DNA from: an uncultured Methanosarcinales archaeon
Lineage (GTDB): Archaea > Nanobdellota > Nanobdellia > Woesearchaeales > GW2011-AR9
DNA length: 64,000 nucleotides
Assembly: GCA_964510085.1 (NCBI GenBank)
Contig: CAZEAB010000003.1
Coordinates: 18,276 to 82,275, forward strand
Direction of reading: 5' to 3'
Position 1 is the stretch's first letter. Every line of letters starts with the position of its first letter. The notes beneath the pieces were generated by a model, which was not told where the DNA came from, ran no database searches, and worked only from the letters and a program-made list of their open reading frames with translations. Below, in pieces: positions 55,544-63,671 of the stretch. The position numbers and the translations under genes are program-made.

Positions 55544-56314
55544 ATGCTCTATAAGAAAAAAGGAATGCCAGAAGTGGATGATTTAGTTCTTTGTAAAGTT
55601 ACAAAGATTTATCCCAACTCTGTATTCGTAAGTTTATTAGAATATAATGATTCTGGTATTATTCACATTTCAGAAGTTTCTCCAGGCCGTATTAGAAATT
55701 TACGTGATTACGTAAGTGTTGGAAGACAAATCATTTGTAAAATTCTTAGAATTGATAAAGAAAGAGGACACATTGATCTTTCATTACGTCGTGTAAATTC
55801 AAATCAAAGACGAGAGAAATTAGATGAAATTAAGCAAGAGTTAAAATCAGAAAGCATAGTAAAAAATCTTGCAAAGAGAGTGAATATGCCCTATAAAAAA
55901 CTCTATGAAGATTTAACAAAAGCAATATTCAAAGAATATTCGCATTTACATCTATGTTTCAAAGACGTAGCAGACGGAGAAACAGATTTAATTTCATTAA
56001 AAGTATTAAAGAAAGTAGCGGATCCATTAACAGAAATAATCTTAGATAAGTTTAAACCAAAAAAGATTACCATTGAGGGAGAAATTAGATTACAAACATA
56101 CGAAGAAGCAGGTGTCACAAAGATTAAAGAGATTCTTACTAAAATCGAGAAAATTTCTGATACAATTACGCTTTTCTACCTTGGAGCTGGAAGATTTAAA
56201 TTGGTAATAGAAGATTTTGAATATAAACCTGCAGAAGATAACTTTTCAAAAGTAGAAAAAATTCTTGAAGGTTTTACAGACAAACTTTCTACAGCATCAC
56301 TAGCGAGGGTCTGA
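55544..56314 (+). CDS. eif2a: Translation initiation factor 2 subunit alpha
   Basis: S1 domain 'GIIHISEVSPGRIRNLRDYVSVGRQIICKILRIDKERGHIDLSLRRV'. Confidence 0.92.
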   Translation: MLYKKKGMPEVDDLVLCKVTKIYPNSVFVSLLEYNDSGIIHISEVSPGRIRNLRDYVSVGRQIICKILRIDKERGHIDLSLRRVNSNQRREKLDEIKQELKSESIVKNLAKRVNMPYKKLYEDLTKAIFKEYSHLHLCFKDVADGETDLISLKVLKKVADPLTEIILDKFKPKKITIEGEIRLQTYEEAGVTKIKEILTKIEKISDTITLFYLGAGRFKLVIEDFEYKPAEDNFSKVEKILEGFTDKLSTASLARV

Positions 56315-56466
56315 TGGCTAAACACATCTTAAAAAAGGATGGGGAATATTCTTTAACAGCAGGAGAACGACCAATACCTCCTCCATTTACAATAGATGAT
56401 AAATATACTTCTTACAAAAGAGAAGCTAAAAAAGAAGAATATAAAAAAAGAAAATTAATCAATTAA
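56314..56466 (+). CDS. nop10: H/ACA RNP protein Nop10 (no zinc-ribbon cysteines)
   Basis: Hand-translated 50 aa: 'HILKKDGEYSLTAGERPIPPPFTIDDKYTSYKRE'. Conserved position after aIF2-alpha; TGATG overlap. Confidence 0.75.
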   Translation: MAKHILKKDGEYSLTAGERPIPPPFTIDDKYTSYKREAKKEEYKKRKLIN

Positions 56467-57256
56467 CGTTAACGTTTAATTCTGTTCCACTAACTGAAAT
56501 ACCTCGAATTGTTCCTTGAAGTACTGTTGTCTCATTAGAACCAACATCAAAAGAACCGACATAGTAGAACAACTTAACCTCGTCTTCATCAAGTGCATAT
56601 TGGAACTTATTTCCTACACTTAAATGTCCATTGGTATGTGGAATGTCTAATCTATCCAGTTTTAATCTATCAATTGAAAACGAATCATACTTTAAACCTT
56701 CAAATGACATTTTGATATCTCCCTTTGAAGATAAAGCAACATCGTTTACTTCAATACGTCTTGCTAATCCATCTAATGAAAATTCTTGCTCATTAAAATC
56801 AACAGTTCCCTTATAATCAACGATTCGTAACTCAACCTCTTTCAAATCATTTAACTCCAAGTGGTCTCCATTAACTGTAATAACCGTATTCAAATCAGAG
56901 AAACTTAATACAAGATCTTCAATTTTAACATCGTCATAGACATTTGGAACAGCTTCTGCATTTAATGCAAATACAAGTTCATTATTAGAATAATCAGCTT
57001 GTTCACTAAATGCTTCTTCTACCTTAATCTTCTTCTCAAGTGGTGAACCTTCCAAAGGAACTTCCTCTTCAGGTACAGAATCATTTGATGTTGACATTAG
57101 TTCTTCACCACTGTCTCCAATAAGAGCTCCAGTGAAACTAAGATCATTGTTGTTGTTCATCATCAAGAGAAAAAAAATTCCTCCAACGACTAACGTAATC
57201 ATTATTATATAAAATCTAACATGATGACTTGCATGATGTTGTGGTGGCCCATACAT
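56459..57256 (-). CDS. Membrane-anchored extracellular protein, unknown function
   Basis: His-rich N-terminus, one TM, and a beta-rich Asp/Asn/Val ectodomain. Confidence 0.55.
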   Translation of the reverse strand: MYGPPQHHASHHVRFYIIMITLVVGGIFFLLMMNNNNDLSFTGALIGDSGEELMSTSNDSVPEEEVPLEGSPLEKKIKVEEAFSEQADYSNNELVFALNAEAVPNVYDDVKIEDLVLSFSDLNTVITVNGDHLELNDLKEVELRIVDYKGTVDFNEQEFSLDGLARRIEVNDVALSSKGDIKMSFEGLKYDSFSIDRLKLDRLDIPHTNGHLSVGNKFQYALDEDEVKLFYYVGSFDVGSNETTVLQGTIRGISVSGTELNVNVN

Positions 57257-57364
57257 ATTATTTACACCTCAAGTATGCTTTACCATTTACGTTAATAAAG
57301 TTTTTGGTAATACAGATAAAAATCTTCCCGTAACATTTATAAACCAATCACAATAATACACTAC

Positions 57365-57424
57365 ATCGAGGGGTATGATCGTACACACGAGCGTATACCG
57401 GAGAAATGATATTTCTCAATCGAT
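57365..57424 (+). promoter_or_regulatory. Structured 5' leader of rps15 (predicted three-way junction)
   Basis: TATA tttataaa at 57336-57343. Closing stem ATCGA/TCGAT. Arm 1: GGTAT-GA-TCGT-ACAC-ACGA-GCGT-ATACC. Arm 2: GAGAAAT-GAT-ATTTCTC. The AGGTGA SD follows. Confidence 0.4.
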
Positions 57425-57447
57425 TATAAACATATAGGTGAAAACAT

Positions 57448-57900
57448 ATGGCACGAATGCATAGTAGAGATAAAGGAAAAAGTGGAAGTACTAAACCAGT
57501 AAAAGAAACACCGGCTTGGGCTCCATACAAAGGTAAAGACGTTGAGAAGCTTATTGTAAAGTACGCAAAAGCTGGTAAGAAAGCAAGTGAAATAGGATTA
57601 ATCTTACGAGATAGTTTTGGAATCCATAACGTGAAAGCGTTAACAGATAAAAAAATCACCCAGATTCTTGCAGATAATGACTTGAAGAAAGAAATTCCAG
57701 AAGATTTACAGAACTTAATCCGTAAATTAGTTGCAGCAAAAACACACTTTGAAAAGAATAGACAAGATATGACTGCAAAACATGGAATAGAGCTTACAAG
57801 TTCAAAGATCTTACGTTTAGTTCGATATTACCAGAAGTCACACAAACTCCCAGTAGGATGGAAGTTAGACATGAACAGACTAAAGATGTACTTAGAATAA
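57448..57900 (+). CDS. rps15: 30S ribosomal protein S15
   Basis: 'MARMHSRDKGKSGSTKP' and a C-terminal S15 helical domain. Confidence 0.93.
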   Translation: MARMHSRDKGKSGSTKPVKETPAWAPYKGKDVEKLIVKYAKAGKKASEIGLILRDSFGIHNVKALTDKKITQILADNDLKKEIPEDLQNLIRKLVAAKTHFEKNRQDMTAKHGIELTSSKILRLVRYYQKSHKLPVGWKLDMNRLKMYLE

Positions 57901-57945
57901 ATTTTTATTTTTTATTTACTTTTTTTAAAATATAAAGAAAAAAAA

Positions 57946-58236
57946 TTAAAGCATACTACGTATACTTTCTATGTTAGATGCGATGTCATGGCCTTTCTTC
58001 GTTAATTCTAACAACTTTAAACGACCATCTTTTCTGAATTTAATTAATTCAGCTTTCTGCATCTCTTGCAAAATTTTCACTACATGACTGTATGTACAAT
58101 CAATTTGTTTTGCCAAAACAGACGCATAAATGTTTGCATTGGCATTCTTTAGTTCGACCAACATCATTGCTGGTTTTTCCCTGAAAAATACGTCAAAAAT
58201 TACTTTCTTTGTGATCAAATTCACACCCCCAAACAC
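57946..58236 (-). CDS. Small winged-helix transcriptional regulator
   Basis: 'YASVLAKQIDCTYSHVVKILQEMQKAELIKFRKDGRLKLLELTKKG'. Start codon uncertain (GTG 58236 or an internal Met). Confidence 0.7.
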   Translation of the reverse strand: MFGGVNLITKKVIFDVFFREKPAMMLVELKNANANIYASVLAKQIDCTYSHVVKILQEMQKAELIKFRKDGRLKLLELTKKGHDIASNIESIRSML

Positions 58237-58350
58237 CTATTCCACGCCTCGATTATTGCTGCCGGATAGTCATATTTAAACATTTATTTACTCTAATAGT
58301 TATTTCCAAGTAGGCATTTTTATTTAAATCTTTTGATTTCCATTTCTTCT

Positions 58351-60180
58351 ATGTTTTTTCCCCATGATACAAAAAGACCAGGCCAAGATACGCTTATGGA
58401 AGACATTTCTGAAGCTCTTACCGACGGTAAAACAATTCTTACTCATGCACCAACAGGATTAGGGAAAACAGCAGCAGCTCTCTCAGAAGCCCTTGCTGTA
58501 GCTATGGAAGAAGATAAAGTAATATTCTTCTTAACAAATAGACATACCCAACATCAGATTGCAATAGATACATTAAAGAAAATAAAGAAGAAAACAGGTT
58601 CAGATTTCCATACGGTAGATTTGATTGGAAAAAGATGGATGTGTAATCAATCTATTGCACAAATGATGGGCTCTGATTTTAATGAATATTGTAAATCTCT
58701 TGTTGAGAAAGGAGAATGTGAATTTTACAATAATGTCAAAAAGAAAAGTGCATTACAAGTACAAGCACAAGTACATATCAAAGACTTACAACGACAAGGT
58801 CCACTTCATACGGGAGAATTAATAGAACAATGTCAAGATAAAAAAATGTGTTCATACGAAATTGCAGTTGCAATGTCAAAAAATGCCCGAATAATCATCG
58901 GAGACTATTATTACATGTTTAATCCACACGTACAAGCATCTATCTTAAACAAGATTGAAAGAGAATTACAAGACATAATAGTTGTTGTAGACGAAGGACA
59001 TAACCTTCCTAACAGAGTTACTGAAATGATGAGTAATAATCTCACTACAAACATGATTAAGAATGGGTTAGTAGAAGCAAAGAAATACAGGTACGATGGC
59101 ATTATAGTCTGGCTTCAAGACATGATGGAAATTCTAAACAACCTTGTTGGCGACGAAGAAAAAACAGTTACACGAGAGCAATTTACGAACGCGCTCAAAA
59201 TCAAAATAGATTATGAAGAATTAATGAACCAACTTGATTTAGCTGCAGAAGAAATAAGAAAAAAACAACGACGAAGTTATCTTGGGGGTATTTCTGCTTT
59301 CTTAGAGGCATGGGAAGGTCCCGATGAGGGATTCGTACGAATTATTGCAGAACACCGAAGTAAATACGGACCCATAATCTCATTACAATATTCTTGTTTG
59401 GATCCAGCATTAATAACACGAGATATCTTCAAAAATATTCACTCTGCGATTATCATGTCTGGTACGTTACAACCCACTTTTATGTATAAAGATATTTTAG
59501 GAATTGATAACGGTGTAATGAAGGACTATACCTCTCCATTTCCTCCAGAGAATAAAGTAAGTTTAATTGTTCCGGATACTTCAACAAAATATACCGTACG
59601 TGGAGATGTGATGTATAAGAGAATAGCAAATCATTGTAGTGAGATAATCAAACTAACTCCAGGGAATGTTGCAATATTTTTTCCTTCTTATTATTTGAGA
59701 GATTCTATAGCTCCATTTCTCTCCACTAAAAGAAAATGTTTCTACGAAAAAAACACCATGACCAAAGAAGAAAAACAAGGTTTATTACAAGAATTTGAAG
59801 CAGAGAAAGATGTTGGCGGTGTACTTCTTGGGGTTAGTGGAGCTAATTTCGCCGAAGGAATAGATTTTCCCGGTGATATATTGAAAACAGTTGTAGTTGT
59901 CGGATTACCTCTTGCAAAACCAGATCTTAAAACAAAATCACTCATTACGTATTATGATACAAAATATGGCAAGGGATGGGATTATGGATATACATTCCCT
60001 GCTTTTAGTAAGTGCATTCAATCTGCTGGACGTTGTATTAGATCAGAAACGGATGAAGGCGTTGTAGTTTATTTAGACGAACGGTTTGCATGGCAGAGAT
60101 ATTACAACTGTTTCCCGGAGAAAGTAGGGTTGATTGTTTCTAAAGAATATAGTAAGATTATGGCTGAGTTTTTTAGTTAA
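58351..60180 (+). CDS. xpd: XPD/Rad3-family 4Fe-4S DNA helicase
   Basis: 'THAPTGLGKT', four Cys (WMCNQ..EYCKS..GECEF..KMCSYE), 'VVVDEGHNL', C-terminal 'QSAGRCIR'. ATG 58351 lies about 25 nt after a TATA box. Confidence 0.9.
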   Translation: MFFPHDTKRPGQDTLMEDISEALTDGKTILTHAPTGLGKTAAALSEALAVAMEEDKVIFFLTNRHTQHQIAIDTLKKIKKKTGSDFHTVDLIGKRWMCNQSIAQMMGSDFNEYCKSLVEKGECEFYNNVKKKSALQVQAQVHIKDLQRQGPLHTGELIEQCQDKKMCSYEIAVAMSKNARIIIGDYYYMFNPHVQASILNKIERELQDIIVVVDEGHNLPNRVTEMMSNNLTTNMIKNGLVEAKKYRYDGIIVWLQDMMEILNNLVGDEEKTVTREQFTNALKIKIDYEELMNQLDLAAEEIRKKQRRSYLGGISAFLEAWEGPDEGFVRIIAEHRSKYGPIISLQYSCLDPALITRDIFKNIHSAIIMSGTLQPTFMYKDILGIDNGVMKDYTSPFPPENKVSLIVPDTSTKYTVRGDVMYKRIANHCSEIIKLTPGNVAIFFPSYYLRDSIAPFLSTKRKCFYEKNTMTKEEKQGLLQEFEAEKDVGGVLLGVSGANFAEGIDFPGDILKTVVVVGLPLAKPDLKTKSLITYYDTKYGKGWDYGYTFPAFSKCIQSAGRCIRSETDEGVVVYLDERFAWQRYYNCFPEKVGLIVSKEYSKIMAEFFS

Positions 60181-60779
60181 CGATAAACTCGCATGTCAAC
60201 AACTCCATCATTATCAAAATCAATATCTTGACGAACTACTTTACCATTCTTATCTTTATGGTGTTTAGTAGTAGAAGTTCTTTTCTTTTTATGATCAGTT
60301 ATTGTTGAGGTGTCTACTTTAGGACTATATCTAAGAGTCATTGTTCTTACAAGAATTCCTCCCTCATAGGCTTTATTTAAAATTATTCTCCCACGTGCAT
60401 CATGGTCTTTTTCTTCTTCATAATCCCAAGAACCATCTCCATTGGAATCTAAAGCTTGGTAGATTACCTTTCTATCATGGAATCTGACAACAGTTTCTCG
60501 ATAAAGAGTGTTATTAGCACCAAAGGTTCTACGTCTTATATCAAATACTTCTCCTGTTTTGGTATTAACTGTAGCATCAGTAAGGTTATATATCCCTCCA
60601 GCTAGATTATTACGTGTATGGATTTTTCTAATAGGAGATGCTGGTCTTTTTTGTGATAGTTTTACTTCACTAATGGGCCTTGATGGTGTATAATTATTCA
60701 TAAAAGAAGCTTCAACAGCCGGACTTAGAAGTAATCCTGCAACGAGCGTACATATGGTTGTAGCAATATTTTTAGCCAT
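60177..60779 (-). CDS. Secreted protein with Dx[DN]xDG calcium-binding-like motifs
   Basis: Signal peptide; 'DSNGDGSWD' and 'DFDNDGVVD'. Confidence 0.55.
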   Translation of the reverse strand: MAKNIATTICTLVAGLLLSPAVEASFMNNYTPSRPISEVKLSQKRPASPIRKIHTRNNLAGGIYNLTDATVNTKTGEVFDIRRRTFGANNTLYRETVVRFHDRKVIYQALDSNGDGSWDYEEEKDHDARGRIILNKAYEGGILVRTMTLRYSPKVDTSTITDHKKKRTSTTKHHKDKNGKVVRQDIDFDNDGVVDMRVYR

Positions 60780-60880
60780 ATTTTTTTTAAATTTAGTTCA
60801 TTTATATATTTTTCTGAAAACTCCACTCTTGAGTGGTGACTTCCAAAAAGTTTATATAGTAGTTCTCCTATTAACCTTAT

Positions 60881-61048
60881 ATGATAGACTACATTGTAAA
60901 TGAATTGATCTTAAAACCAGCTTTTAAAATACCTCAAACTGGATTAGCTAAAGCCCTTAATTCTCTAGCAGATTATAAAATTATGACTCCAACAGATATG
61001 ATTGCTGCTAAAGCAATAGGCGCACCTATTAAGCTCTTTTACAAATAA
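60881..61048 (+). CDS. 55-aa leaderless small ORF
   Basis: TTTATATA at 60851-60858, 22 nt before the ATG. Hand-translated as MIDYIVNELILKPAFKIPQTGLAKALNSLADYKIMTPTDMIAAKAIGAPIKLFYK. Confidence 0.35.
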   Translation: MIDYIVNELILKPAFKIPQTGLAKALNSLADYKIMTPTDMIAAKAIGAPIKLFYK

Positions 61049-61116
61049 TTACTTTTTATAACCTATATACTACACTAAATACTATTTTTAATGAACCAGT
61101 ATACAAAATAGTAACA

Positions 61117-61124
61117 TTTATATA
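61117..61124 (+). promoter_or_regulatory. TATA box for the 61150-61262 RNA gene
   Basis: TTTATATA about 25 nt upstream of the GGGG at which the GC-rich body starts. Confidence 0.5.
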
Positions 61125-61149
61125 CTTGTTACACTTTACTGCTATCATT

Positions 61150-61262
61150 GGGGAAAAAGAGGTATTGACTCCATGGGGGCTTAGGCCTCCACTCACACTC
61201 ATGCGGACTCCGTCAAGATTCTACCACCCTCACCCCCTCTTCGGAGATCCGCTTCTTTTTTT
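61150..61262 (+). ncRNA. Stand-alone GC-rich small RNA gene, unclassified (possibly pseudoknotted)
   Basis: TATA box, a GC-rich roughly 100-nt body in an AT-rich genome, and a terminal CTTCTTTTTTT. Helices: GGGG/CCCC, GAGG/CCTC, TTGAC/GTCAA, GGGGGC-TTAG-GCCTCC, and GCGGACTCC/GGAGATCCGC, which crosses the first ones. Confidence 0.6.
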
Positions 61263-61271
61263 AATAAGAAA

Positions 61272-61577
61272 TTAGAGAGTATATCTACTTTCAATATTTA
61301 CTTTTATTTTAGAAAGAACTGGGTTAGGAATATTATCTTTAATTAATTCTATTGTAGCATCAGGAGATATAGTATGTATATATTCTTTTATTTCAGAAGG
61401 ATTTTCTCCAGCAGGTATTGCAAAACGAACAGATTTCTCAACATCTTGAGTATTCTCAACAAGAACATTTCTGTTTTTCTCTAAACAAAATTTTCTAATT
61501 CTACCACGAAACATAACCCCGGTAATTGAAGTTAATTTTGTTCTTATTTCGTAAATATCCCATGTAATAATATCCAT
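61272..61577 (-). CDS. Hypothetical protein (weak acylphosphatase-like pattern)
   Basis: 'ITGVMFRGRIRKFCLEKNRNVLVEN' faintly resembles the V-G-x-VQGV-x-FR acylphosphatase motif. Confidence 0.4.
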   Translation of the reverse strand: MDIITWDIYEIRTKLTSITGVMFRGRIRKFCLEKNRNVLVENTQDVEKSVRFAIPAGENPSEIKEYIHTISPDATIELIKDNIPNPVLSKIKVNIESRYTL

Positions 61578-61611
61578 AATTATTGATTAAAATTATTATT
61601 AATAAGTTTTA

Positions 61612-62070
61612 CTAAAGATTACTATAATACTCAATAAACTCTTCCTGACTCACATTCAAACCAGCTTCTAAGAAATACTTTGCCAACAAAGTAGCATCTT
61701 TATTTACATCATTACTCTTTTTAAAATTAATAAGTCTCTTAACAGTAAACGACGACAAATGACCTTCTCCAACCTTAACAACGGCATCTTTCTTTCCCTT
61801 TACTACCTTATTTGTCTTCGGATTAAACACAACTTTACCATTAACATAAGAACCCTTATTATATTCAAAACCATACTTTCCTAATTCAGATACAATCAAA
61901 TTATGGACAATATTATCTGCTTTAAAACAATTCCCTCCTACTTCATCAAACGAATGTACTCTTCCAAGATACTTCTTCACTTTCTGACGAGGGCCTTGAG
62001 GAGTACTAACACTCTCAACTAAATACGCATACGGTTTCCCATTAATCTTCTTAGTTCTAATAAATGCCAT
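61612..62070 (-). CDS. Hypothetical protein with integrase Arm/AP2-like N-terminal beta-hairpin motif
   Basis: 'MAFIRTKKINGKPYAYLVESV..PRQKVKKYLGRV'. No recombinase catalytic domain. Abuts the upstream gene with no gap. Confidence 0.5.
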   Translation of the reverse strand: MAFIRTKKINGKPYAYLVESVSTPQGPRQKVKKYLGRVHSFDEVGGNCFKADNIVHNLIVSELGKYGFEYNKGSYVNGKVVFNPKTNKVVKGKKDAVVKVGEGHLSSFTVKRLINFKKSNDVNKDATLLAKYFLEAGLNVSQEEFIEYYSNL

Positions 62071-63618
62071 TTAACAAGAATTCTCAAATATATTTTCAAC
62101 AGATAATTTAAATTGTACGTCTTTAATAACTTCGTGTGTTAGAGCTTTACTCTCTTGAAATTTCTTTAAAGTAATAATTTTCCTAGATAATACTTTACCC
62201 TTATCAACAGTTTCAATTTCTACAGGAATAACGGCCTGTCCAGGACAATATGTTGGACTTTCTAATAACGTCCATGCCAAAGCACCAGCATATGTGTAAC
62301 TTCCACGTAAAGGTTTCTTATGTAATTCCTCTCCATCACTTGTTTTGAATGCTACAAAATTATAACTGCAAGAACACGCAGGATTATCCGTGGTTAAATC
62401 TTTTAATTCACCACATTTACTATTAATACATTTCTTACCAGCAGTACATTGGTCATGATTAGTACATACATTGGGATCTTCTACATTACCTTTTTGTGCA
62501 GCTAAATCTGCTTCAGCAGTATCACAAACGCCATTTGCGTTTTCATCTAAACAACAACCTTCATCGGATTCAATATGTGGTGGAGTACAAGTAACTTCAT
62601 ACACTAACTCATTTGTATCTTCTTTAACAGATTGACCAAGATTAATTGCTTGACCTTCTGTTGAACCACCAAAGACAACAAAACCAATAATAACCGCAAC
62701 AAGAACAACTGCTCCAACTGCCCCCATCATCCGTTTTTGTGCTTTATTTATGTGATGTTGCACATGTTTTGGATGCATCATTTGACCTTGAGCAGCAGCT
62801 TCTTCAGGTGTTGGAGGAGCCACATTCCCTTTTTTACTTGCTTTATACTTCTTATAATTTGCTTTCATGGTTTTCTTATACGCCCATTCAGCATCTGTAG
62901 CACTCCAACCACTTTGCATTAATCCAGCTTTAACACTTGGAAATTTCGCACCTCTTTGAGTCATAGCAGTAATGTAACCAGCAGTATCTGGATCTAATTT
63001 TCTTCTTCCACCAGAAGAACTTCCTCCTTTTCTAAGAAGCCAGAACCCAATACCTCCGCCGGCAAGAACTACTAAAACTAAAAGCCACACTAATCCCTTT
63101 GTTGTTCCCACTGAACCTTCCAAATCTTCAACAGTTTCTTCCGTCTCACCTAACGTTTTTTGCAAACCGGCTAAACCGGTACTTACACTTTTAAGTTTGG
63201 TATCCGTATCTTGACCATCAGAATTTAATTGCTGTTGTAAGCTAATAACTTGTTTCTCAACACTCCGTAAATTATTTTTTATTAAACCAAGTTCAGTCTT
63301 AAGAGATGCAGTAGAAGTTTCTACTGCTGCTAATTTTGATTTCACAGAAGTTACATCCTTTCCTAGAGTGTCAACAGGATCAACTTTCTTAGTTGTAACA
63401 TTTTTAGGAACATTTACAACTTTTGGAATAACTAACTCACATAGTCCTTTAGTTGTATTACACGTAAAATTTTTACCTGTTTCTACTCCCAACGCATCAC
63501 AAGCTTTTTGGGAAGTACACTTTAAACCAGTGGGTTGAGCTACAGAAAATACTGCTAATGCTAGTAAAATTACTATTAAACCTATAATGAACTTCTTATT
63601 CATCCTCTTTTTGTACAC
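62071..63618 (-). CDS. Two-TM Cys-rich surface protein with coiled coil
   Basis: Signal/TM, Cys cluster, heptad-like region, TM, cytoplasmic loop with 'AGYITAMTQRGAKFPSVKAGLMQSGW', TM, and a C-terminal Cys-rich ectodomain. Confidence 0.6.
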   Translation of the reverse strand: MYKKRMNKKFIIGLIVILLALAVFSVAQPTGLKCTSQKACDALGVETGKNFTCNTTKGLCELVIPKVVNVPKNVTTKKVDPVDTLGKDVTSVKSKLAAVETSTASLKTELGLIKNNLRSVEKQVISLQQQLNSDGQDTDTKLKSVSTGLAGLQKTLGETEETVEDLEGSVGTTKGLVWLLVLVVLAGGGIGFWLLRKGGSSSGGRRKLDPDTAGYITAMTQRGAKFPSVKAGLMQSGWSATDAEWAYKKTMKANYKKYKASKKGNVAPPTPEEAAAQGQMMHPKHVQHHINKAQKRMMGAVGAVVLVAVIIGFVVFGGSTEGQAINLGQSVKEDTNELVYEVTCTPPHIESDEGCCLDENANGVCDTAEADLAAQKGNVEDPNVCTNHDQCTAGKKCINSKCGELKDLTTDNPACSCSYNFVAFKTSDGEELHKKPLRGSYTYAGALAWTLLESPTYCPGQAVIPVEIETVDKGKVLSRKIITLKKFQESKALTHEVIKDVQFKLSVENIFENSC

Positions 63619-63671
63619 CTTTTACTAGAGAACTATTCTTTTTCTCTTTATATAGTTTTTTATTTGGGCAC

